A DNA stretch of 32,000 nt, taken from the NCBI RefSeq assembly GCF_030055435.1, contig NZ_JASFYG010000002.1, forward strand, positions 51,224 to 83,223, read 5' to 3'. Position numbers and translations under genes: made by a program. This document shows, in pieces, positions 10,535 to 17,305 of this stretch. The notes below the pieces were generated by a model. It made no database searches. It saw only the letters and a list, made by a program, of their open reading frames with translations, and had not been told where the DNA came from. The first letter of the stretch is position 1. Every line of letters starts with the position of its first letter. Source of the stretch: Methanothermobacter sp. GTDB lineage: Archaea; Methanobacteriota; Methanobacteria; Methanobacteriales; Methanothermobacteraceae.

Positions 10535-10834
10535 ATGGCACAGAAGAAGGGCCTTGGGATGGGACTCGATGCACTCATCCAGTCAAGGACAAGGAAGGAA
10601 GTGAAGGAGACCTCTGACTCAGTGGCCGGAGATGTGCAGGTTGAGGCTGTTATAAGGGAGGTTAAACGCAACCCCCGCATAACCCTCTGGTCTGCAAGGT
10701 CTGCAGCGGTACTCCGGTACCTGAAAAAGACACAGCCAGAGTTCAGCATAAGCAGGGAGGCATCGAACCTCATAGAAAGGGCCGTGAAGGAGAAGTACCC
10801 TGAAATATGGGAAATGTTCTCTGAACTCCAGTAA
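10535..10834 (+). CDS. 99-aa partition adaptor candidate: ParB-type N-terminal peptide plus putative ribbon-helix-helix (SegB/ParG-like)
   Basis: Starts 4 nt after parA with its own GGAGTGA ribosome-binding site. The N-terminus MAQKKGLGMGLDALI matches the conserved ParB/Spo0J N-terminal GLGxGLxAL peptide. There is no ParB CTPase box or HTH. The C-terminal part RITLWSA-SAAVLRYLKK-ISREASNLIERAVKEKY has a strand-helix-helix pattern, which is my inference. Confidence 0.6.
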   Translation: MAQKKGLGMGLDALIQSRTRKEVKETSDSVAGDVQVEAVIREVKRNPRITLWSARSAAVLRYLKKTQPEFSISREASNLIERAVKEKYPEIWEMFSELQ

Positions 10835-10835
10835 T

Positions 10836-11960
10836 TCAATCGCTCTTATTCCAGCTGCTGAGGGTTGTCTGGGATCCATCAAGGTATATGAAGGGTTCAG
10901 CCCTGCCCAGCCTCACCCCCATTCCCTTCAGGATATCCGGGGTGAGGTTAACCTTAGCCCTCAGTTCAATTATTTTTCTGGCCGACCTTGGTCCTATTCC
11001 AGGAACCCTGATGAGTTCATGATAGGGGGCGGTCTTGAGGTCCACCGGGAAGATATCCATCTCCATGGCTGCGGCGTACTTTGGATCCACAGAGGTGTCC
11101 AGGTAGCCCCCACTGAACCTCAACTCATCAACACCGAAATCATAGGACTTCAGGAGCGCGTCTGTCTGGTAAAGTCTGAAGACACGCCTGGGGTCTGCTT
11201 CGGCCCTTTTCTCAAGTGCAGTCCCTTCAATGGGCTGAAAACCACTGAAGTACACCCTCCTGAGGTAATATTTATCGTAGATCCACTTAACACGTTTAAC
11301 TATATCCTCATCTGTTTCATCAACAGCCCCAACCATCAGCTGGGTGCTCTGACCTGAGGGCGCAAGTTCAGGGTGTCTCCTCTTGAACCTGCTGATCCAC
11401 CTCATTCTCCGCAGGATGTCAACACTGTAGTCCTTGGTGGATGAAAGTTCATCAAGGCCATCCCTGGTCGCGGTCTCAAGGTTGATGCTCACACGACTTG
11501 CAAGTTCCATGGCCCTTCTTACGGTGTCCATGGATGAGCCCGGTATGATCTTGAGGTGTATGTAACCGCCATAACCCTCAAGTCTTAGGATTCTGAGTGT
11601 CTCCAGGAGCTTCTCCATGGTTTCATCAGGGTCCCTGCTCACCCCAGAGCTGAGGAAGAGTCCATCAACGTAGCGCCTCTCATAGTAGTCAAGGAATATC
11701 CCTGCAACTTCCTCCGGCTTCAGCTCAACAGGCTCTTTCTCTGCGCTGTTTATACAGTACCTGCAGTCGTTGCAGCACCTGTTGGTGAGCAGAACCTTGA
11801 AGAGGGGGACCCTGCAGCCCCTGTAACTGGTGTAGTAGATACCCGGCAGCGAAGGGTTCCGCTGGGAGGGGTCTGCACTGTAGTCGCAGAGGTCAAACTG
11901 GGCACTGTCACTCAGCACCCGGACCCTTTCAGCAAGACTCATGGTGAATAATATGTCCAT
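10836..11960 (-). CDS. Radical SAM protein with C-terminal helix-hairpin-helix (putative DNA modification/repair radical SAM family)
   Basis: 374-aa ORF. LLTNRCCNDCRYCIN is a CxxxCxxC radical SAM cluster. The C-terminus ELIRVPGIGPRSARKIIELR is an HhH motif. Alternative start ATG 11942 (MSLAERVRVL). Confidence 0.75.
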   Translation of the reverse strand: MDILFTMSLAERVRVLSDSAQFDLCDYSADPSQRNPSLPGIYYTSYRGCRVPLFKVLLTNRCCNDCRYCINSAEKEPVELKPEEVAGIFLDYYERRYVDGLFLSSGVSRDPDETMEKLLETLRILRLEGYGGYIHLKIIPGSSMDTVRRAMELASRVSINLETATRDGLDELSSTKDYSVDILRRMRWISRFKRRHPELAPSGQSTQLMVGAVDETDEDIVKRVKWIYDKYYLRRVYFSGFQPIEGTALEKRAEADPRRVFRLYQTDALLKSYDFGVDELRFSGGYLDTSVDPKYAAAMEMDIFPVDLKTAPYHELIRVPGIGPRSARKIIELRAKVNLTPDILKGMGVRLGRAEPFIYLDGSQTTLSSWNKSD

Positions 11961-12398
11961 GATTCTATAACTAATTTATCACGGGCTCGCGGGATCCGCA
12001 GTGATTCTGATGGGGAGATAAGATGAATGATTTGAAAGCATTATAATTGATTTTAAGTCATTATAATAATTTAAATTAGATTTTAGATCACCAGAAAAGT
12101 TTAAAATTTCAAAGCATCCATATAATGCTCTGATATAAACGCAGGTCCTTTTTTAAGGTTCTGGATCCTCTCAGTATGGTGCCACTGCACCCCCTTAAAT
12201 AAACCATCAGATCATTCAATTTAAAAAACGGTTTAATATGGCTTATTTTTTGAAAAAAGGAAATGGTAGTGTCAAAGTGATTTAAAGAAGAAATTAAAAC
12301 ATCACATCCATTACTTCAATTTTTAAAAAGTAATTAGAATGCTCTGATTGAAAAAAAGAGTTCTAAAACGTCTTATTTTTCAATTCTGAGGCAAAATA

Positions 12399-12406
12399 TT
12401 TATATA
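12399..12406 (+). promoter_or_regulatory. Consensus archaeal TATA box TTTATATA upstream of the small Cys-rich protein gene
   Basis: gcaaaataTTTATATAtgagg. The expected transcription start near 12430 lies upstream of the GGAGG at 12464..12468. Confidence 0.5.
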
Positions 12407-12586
12407 TGAGGTCACAGTTATATTCCCAACATCCAGAGGGAACATTAAATATCTTCCTGGATTGGAGGCGGTAAAATTAAGCGACTTTTTATTGCATCTT
12501 TATTTCTATTCTCCATAGCTGCAGCGGGCATAACCGCTTCTGAGGCGGAGGATAGAGGAACTGAAATCAGCGCAAAGCCCCTGAAG

Positions 12587-12967
12587 GTGGATGCCAAGAA
12601 ATATCATAAGAAGTACAGCAAAAAAAGAATCCATACAAAGGCATACTATAAAAAGAGGGTCCTCAAAAGGAAACATGTGAGGGCCTACAGACACACATCA
12701 AGGGATGTGGGAGCGTCATCCCACACTGTAACCGCGACTTACGTTGAGGCCAGCGGAAGGTGTTCATGTTCACTTCATGTGGACTACAAGGAGCATCAGT
12801 CACGATTCAGGAATTACTGCCCATTCTGTGGCAGGCACGGAACACTGAGATATGAAGAGGGCTCCACATGTCCAGAGGGGATGTGGTTCTGCAGCAGATG
12901 CGATGCAGACTTCTGCCTTGTCCATGGCAAGTCACACACATCAAGGGCAAGATACCTTCTCAGATGA
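12587..12967 (+). CDS. Small, very basic Cys-rich (zinc-ribbon-like) protein, probably secreted; the true start probably lies upstream near 12476
   Basis: Track ORF starts at GTG 12587. It has a Lys/Arg/His/Tyr-rich segment (KKYHKKYSKKRIHTKAYYKKRVLKRKHVRAYRH), then CSC...CPFCG...CPEGMWFCSRCDADFC. The in-frame upstream sequence KIKRLFIASLFLFSIAAAGITASEAED looks like a Sec signal peptide (see findings). Confidence 0.6.
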   Translation: MDAKKYHKKYSKKRIHTKAYYKKRVLKRKHVRAYRHTSRDVGASSHTVTATYVEASGRCSCSLHVDYKEHQSRFRNYCPFCGRHGTLRYEEGSTCPEGMWFCSRCDADFCLVHGKSHTSRARYLLR

Positions 12968-12983
12968 AATTTCTGACAAATCC

Positions 12984-12990
12984 TTTTTTT
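12984..12990 (+). terminator. T7 tract after the small Cys-rich protein gene
   Basis: tccTTTTTTTattt, 17 nt after stop 12967. Confidence 0.4.
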
Positions 12991-13059
12991 ATTTCTGGGA
13001 AACAGAAGAAAGATGCTATTCTCCCAAAACTTAAATAAATGTAGCATCGAGTTTCATAT

Positions 13060-14415
13060 ATGAGACTTGTACTTGCAGGGACAGGGAGCGCAGTTGGCAA
13101 GACCACCATAGCGACCGGGATAATGAGGGCACTCTCCGATAGGGGCATCCAGCCCTTCAAGGTGGGTCCGGACTACATAGACCCATCATATCATACCATG
13201 GCCACAGGCAACATCTCAAGGAACCTCGACTCCTTCTTCATGACAGATGCCCAGATAAGGGAGGCCTTCACAAGGGCAATGAAGATATCAGGGGCCAGAA
13301 TGGGTATAATAGAGGGTGTTAGGGGACTGTATGAGGGTATAAGTGCAACCGGGGACACTGGAAGTACAGCTTCAGTTGCAAAGGCCCTTAAGGCCCCGGT
13401 GGTTCTCATAATAAATTCGAGAAGCCTTGTTAAAAGCGCGGCGGCCATGGTGCTGGGTTTCAGGTCCCTTGATCCTGAGGTTAAAATCAGGGGGGTTATC
13501 CTGAACCAGGTTAAGAACAGGAGGCACTACCTCAAGACAAAGGAGGCTGTGGAGGAACTCACAGGCACTGAGGTGGTGGGGGGAATACCAAGGAGCGCAG
13601 AACTGGAGGTTGAGCAGAGGCACCTTGGACTTGTACCTGCCGTTGAAAGGGAGCAGATAGCATCCTACATTGAGAGGTGGGGCAGTGCAATGGAGGAGTA
13701 CCTGGACCTTGAGGCCCTTGAGGATATAATGGCATCTGCGGGGAAAATTGATGGGAACAGGGAACCCCTCTGGCGGAGGGAGAACAAAAGGAAGGTTAAA
13801 ATAGGCGTGGCATTTGATGAGGCCTTTAACTTTTATTACAGGGAGAACATAGAGGCACTTGAGGATAACGGGGCTTCAGTTGTCTACTTCAGCCCCCTCC
13901 ATGATGAGGAGCTTCCTGATGTTGACGCGGTATACATAGGGGGCGGCTACCCTGAGGTATTTGCAGGGGAACTTGAATCCAACAGATCCATGAGGATGTC
14001 GGTGAGGAGGTTTCACGCAGACGGCAGACCCATCTTCGGGGAATGTGGCGGCCTGATGTACCTGATGAGGTCCATTGATGGGCGCGAGATGTGTGGTGTG
14101 TTCCCCTACGATGCTGAGATGACAAAAAAGGTCCAGGGACTGAGCTACGTGATCTCTGAGGCGGTCTCTGACAACCTGATAACAGGGGAGGGGGATGTGT
14201 TCAGGGGGCATGAATTCCACTACTCAAGGGTCTCAGTCACCGGAGATGCGCAATTTGCCTTCAGGGTGCTCAGGGGAAGGGGCATAATGGACTACATGGA
14301 TGGAATAACCTCTGGATCGGCCCTTGCAAGTTACGTGCACATACATGCAGCATCATGCCCCAACTTTGCCGCGAACTTCACAAGGAATGCATGGGAGCTC
14401 CAGGATGAGGTTTGA
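13060..14415 (+). CDS. cbiA: Cobyrinate / Ni-sirohydrochlorin a,c-diamide synthase (CbiA/CfbB family amidotransferase)
   Basis: 451-aa ORF. N-terminal P-loop [12 protein letters not shown] and a C-terminal GATase-1 nucleophile elbow [11 protein letters not shown] cannot distinguish the cobamide (CbiA) from the F430 (CfbB) paralogue by eye. Confidence 0.85.
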   Translation: MRLVLAGTGSAVGKTTIATGIMRALSDRGIQPFKVGPDYIDPSYHTMATGNISRNLDSFFMTDAQIREAFTRAMKISGARMGIIEGVRGLYEGISATGDTGSTASVAKALKAPVVLIINSRSLVKSAAAMVLGFRSLDPEVKIRGVILNQVKNRRHYLKTKEAVEELTGTEVVGGIPRSAELEVEQRHLGLVPAVEREQIASYIERWGSAMEEYLDLEALEDIMASAGKIDGNREPLWRRENKRKVKIGVAFDEAFNFYYRENIEALEDNGASVVYFSPLHDEELPDVDAVYIGGGYPEVFAGELESNRSMRMSVRRFHADGRPIFGECGGLMYLMRSIDGREMCGVFPYDAEMTKKVQGLSYVISEAVSDNLITGEGDVFRGHEFHYSRVSVTGDAQFAFRVLRGRGIMDYMDGITSGSALASYVHIHAASCPNFAANFTRNAWELQDEV

Positions 14416-15487
14416 TATATTCTCTCCCTATTCTGTCATCATAGCGCTGCTCATATACCTTGTGCTTGCCATTTCAGGGACACTGATGGGTATCAGGGGT
14501 CTGAGACTTCCATCAGGGCTTTCAATTCTCTATATAGTTCTTGGTGCCACCATATTCATCCTTGGAGCGCATATATCTGGAAGGATACGAACAGAGAAAC
14601 CTGCCAGTCCAAGAAATCCACGGGAAACACTTCTGGCCCTTCTTGTCACGTTTGGAATCATTCTACAGGCACTGAACCTTTATATGCTGGGGGGAATTCC
14701 TCTCCTCAGCGGTTATCTCAAGGCAAGGGCTGTTACGAAGATATGGCTTCTCTCATACCTCATATTCCTCCCATCTGTTAACATCCTTCTTGCAGCTTAT
14801 CCCAGGAGGAGGTACTGTATTCCACTTATCATTGGAGCCACACTCTTTGCCCTCACAGGCTACAGGACAACCGTTGTGGTTATACTGCTGAGCGGTATCA
14901 TAACCATCTACTACTCTGCAAGACCATCCCCCCGCCAGATAGGCCTCCTGCTATCAGCTCTTGCCATTGTGGCAATATCAGTCGGTTACATTGCTGTTAA
15001 ATCAATTGAATGGCAGAGCTGGACCCTCAATCCACTGGAACTCCTTCTCTACAGGGCAGGCTACACCCTCATGGTATTTGACAGGCTCCTGGACCATCAG
15101 GGGGCAACTGCCGGTAAACTCCTCTATTACACCCTTACAGGATACCTGCACTCAACGGATCCACGGGCAATCGTTGGTGAGGTTGTGCTCGGCTACAGGC
15201 ACTCAACAACATCACTCATATTCGGACCCCCCCTCCTGGACTTCGGGCTTCCTGCAATGGTTATCCAGATGTTCCTCCTGGGAATGATCCTTGGATTAAT
15301 GCACAGGATTCAGATATCACTGAACGGGATCTTCACAGGTATCTATTCAGTAATTCTGGCCCATACCATAATCTGGGTTGAAACAGGCCCAACAGACCTT
15401 GTGGTATGGTTTTTCTACATGGTCGCCGTCATATCAGTTATATACGTCCTCTGGAGGTGTTATCCTGAAACTGGCAGTTGCAGCTGA
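14405..15487 (+). CDS. Polytopic membrane protein, possibly Wzy-type oligosaccharide repeat-unit polymerase (function tentative)
   Basis: Track ORF 14324..15487. ATG 14405 ([25 protein letters not shown]) overlaps the cbiA stop by 11 nt. There are about 10 or more hydrophobic helices with one longer loop ([35 protein letters not shown]). The family assignment is an inference. Confidence 0.55.
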   Translation: MRFDIFSPYSVIIALLIYLVLAISGTLMGIRGLRLPSGLSILYIVLGATIFILGAHISGRIRTEKPASPRNPRETLLALLVTFGIILQALNLYMLGGIPLLSGYLKARAVTKIWLLSYLIFLPSVNILLAAYPRRRYCIPLIIGATLFALTGYRTTVVVILLSGIITIYYSARPSPRQIGLLLSALAIVAISVGYIAVKSIEWQSWTLNPLELLLYRAGYTLMVFDRLLDHQGATAGKLLYYTLTGYLHSTDPRAIVGEVVLGYRHSTTSLIFGPPLLDFGLPAMVIQMFLLGMILGLMHRIQISLNGIFTGIYSVILAHTIIWVETGPTDLVVWFFYMVAVISVIYVLWRCYPETGSCS

Positions 15488-16505
15488 ACTGGCACCTGCA
15501 AAGACCTTCCATCCCCTGATGCAGGAATCTGGACATGAATACCACTGTCTGTGCCATGGTGGGGGAGTGAGGGATGTCCTGGGAGACCTCTGCCGGAGGT
15601 ACTACTCCATGGGGACCAGCAGGAGCAGATCCGGCGGTAAGATGGAAATCGCATACCTCCTCCTGAGGGATATTGTAGCTACCTGGCGCCACCTTGGAAA
15701 AATAAATCCGGATCTTGTTCTCACATGCGGGAATGCAGGGGATGTACGGAAGGCCATCGCAGCATCATATCTCAGGGGGAAGGCTGTCCTTCATATTGAA
15801 CAGGACATTTACAACCCCATTGAAATGATAGCCTTTGCAGACATTGTAACGGCACCATCCACCCGCTACAGGGATTACCTTGAGGATGAGTACCTCCTTG
15901 AGAATGTTGAGGTCATAGGTGGCTACCCCCATGCCCTCTATGTGAGCCGCCTCCAGACTGAGGATCCGGGTATCGGGAATTACACTCTCCTGGTCCTTGG
16001 AGGCGACCTGCGAAGGGAGGATATACCTGACCTCATATCGAGAGTTGAATCACTTGGAAGACGCATTATAGTGGTACCCTTCCGCTTCAGTCCACATTAT
16101 GTGAGGAGCTTCGCGGGTTCAGAGAAGACTGAGGTCCTTGAGGGATTTGTTGATCTTCCATCCCTCATGGACTACGCTGATCTTGTCATATACGGGGCAG
16201 GAATGGGCCTCACCATCGAAGCTGCGGTGCTGGGTGTTCCGGCAATTAAGCTCCGGGGCTTCCATGAGAGACACGCTAGTGTGGACCTTGCAGGTGAGGT
16301 GGGGATTCCCGTGGTTGATTCTACCAGCCTAGGTGAGGTGGCTGATGATGTGAAACCACCCGAGTCCTCAGAAATTGTAGAGGATGCTGAGCGGGCCGTA
16401 AGGAAGCTAATGGGGCTCATTGATGATTTCCATGAGGTAGCGGGTCCCAGGGGCGGATTGAGGTCTATGAAGCGCATCTGGGATGCCCGAAAAGGTTTCA
16501 GGTAG
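15378..16505 (+). CDS. GT-B glycosyltransferase, MurG-like (GT28-type C-terminal domain)
   Basis: NPDLVLTCGNAGDVRKAIAASYLRGKAVLHIEQD and ADLVIYGAGMGLTIEAAVLGVPAI resemble the MurG N- and C-domain motifs. Start is uncertain: TTG 15378 overlaps the upstream gene by 110 nt, the next ATG is 15519, and GGAGGTG at 15453..15459 precedes KLAVAA (see findings). Confidence 0.6.
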   Translation: MKQAQQTLWYGFSTWSPSYQLYTSSGGVILKLAVAAELAPAKTFHPLMQESGHEYHCLCHGGGVRDVLGDLCRRYYSMGTSRSRSGGKMEIAYLLLRDIVATWRHLGKINPDLVLTCGNAGDVRKAIAASYLRGKAVLHIEQDIYNPIEMIAFADIVTAPSTRYRDYLEDEYLLENVEVIGGYPHALYVSRLQTEDPGIGNYTLLVLGGDLRREDIPDLISRVESLGRRIIVVPFRFSPHYVRSFAGSEKTEVLEGFVDLPSLMDYADLVIYGAGMGLTIEAAVLGVPAIKLRGFHERHASVDLAGEVGIPVVDSTSLGEVADDVKPPESSEIVEDAERAVRKLMGLIDDFHEVAGPRGGLRSMKRIWDARKGFR

Positions 16506-16723
16506 CTGATGGATATCTTCACCCTTAATTCTGCGCCGGAGCATCACTCTGGGCGATGGTTAACCCATTTTCTAATTGCTTATTTAACCTCCTTTTCGTT
16601 TGGAGCAAGAACAGTGCACGGTACATGAGCTCATGGGTTTGTGTTTCACTTCAACCATATACATTTATTAATAATAATTAATAATTTATTATGAGTACTG
16701 GTATTAAAATGGAGGTTTTTGAT

Positions 16724-17137
16724 ATGAAATCGTCTCTGGGTGATGAGGTTATAGTGAGGCAGAGCAGCGGATACAGCTGTGGCCCGGCGGCACTTGCCAC
16801 GGTTCTCAGAAACCTTGGAGTTCACTGCAGCGAGGCAGAACTGGCGGCGCTTGCAGGTACAGACGAATCAGGGACCACCATGTATGGACTGATATTCGCG
16901 GCAACCTCGAAGGGGTTGAGTGCAAGGGGTGTAAGGATGAAAATATCGGATCTGAGAAGGAATCACATTGCATTTGTAAAGTACGGTGACACGGCGCACT
17001 ACACTGTTGTTCTCTCGGTTGATGATAGAAACATCACACTGGCTGACCCTGCCATGGGGAGGATCAAGATAAGGAGGGAGATCTTCTCAAAAATATTTAC
17101 AGGTAACGTTCTTGTGGTTGAAAGGGAGGGGGATTAA
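16724..17137 (+). CDS. Standalone peptidase C39-like cysteine protease domain protein
   Basis: Track ORF 16691..17137. ATG 16724 is preceded by GGAGGT (16711..16716) with a 7-nt spacer. VRQSSGYSCGPAALATVL supplies the Gln and catalytic Cys, and AHYTVVLSVDDRNITLADP supplies His and Asp. No signal peptide, TM segment or ABC domain. Confidence 0.7.
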   Translation: MKSSLGDEVIVRQSSGYSCGPAALATVLRNLGVHCSEAELAALAGTDESGTTMYGLIFAATSKGLSARGVRMKISDLRRNHIAFVKYGDTAHYTVVLSVDDRNITLADPAMGRIKIRREIFSKIFTGNVLVVEREGD

Positions 17138-17305
17138 TAAACTTAATATTAAATTAAATGATTAAGATATTAACTATAATTTAAATTTTAATCATCATGA
17201 TCCCAGGAAAGGTAAAAATTATACTACTGGTATAAAAGCTTAATCATAATCTTTAAATCATAAAATACTTAATAAGGCACAAAATAATAAGATTCTGGTG
17301 ATCTA

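Noticed and set aside
10535-10834. The 99-aa protein as a truncated parB pseudogene
   Set aside because: There is no ParB-like coding remnant in any frame downstream, since a convergent intact gene begins 1 nt later. The ORF has its own ribosome-binding site and a coherent C-terminal helix pattern, so an intact mini-protein is more parsimonious.
10147-10839. 230-aa minus-strand ORF covering parA and the 99-aa gene
   Set aside because: It is antisense to two ORFs with strong motif and ribosome-binding-site support. It has no recognisable motif, its composition is typical of a shadow frame, and it would also collide with the radical SAM gene end.
11961-12448. AT-rich region as a replication origin (oriC)
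   Set aside because: No orc1/cdc6 gene is adjacent. I could not recognise ORB or mini-ORB-type repeats in inverted arrangement around a DUE. The repeats seen are short and degenerate. It is kept only as a generic non-coding region of interest.
14324-14404. 5-prime extension of the Wzy-like ORF inside the cbiA 3-prime end
   Set aside because: The extension ([21 protein letters not shown]...) is hydrophilic and lies within the conserved C-terminus of the amidase. ATG 14405 starts directly with a TM helix.
16624-16635. 12-bp palindrome CATGAGCTCATG upstream of the C39 peptidase gene
   Set aside because: It is short, occurs once, and contains a SacI-like core. A palindrome of this length can plausibly arise by chance in 32 kb, so I make no regulatory claim.
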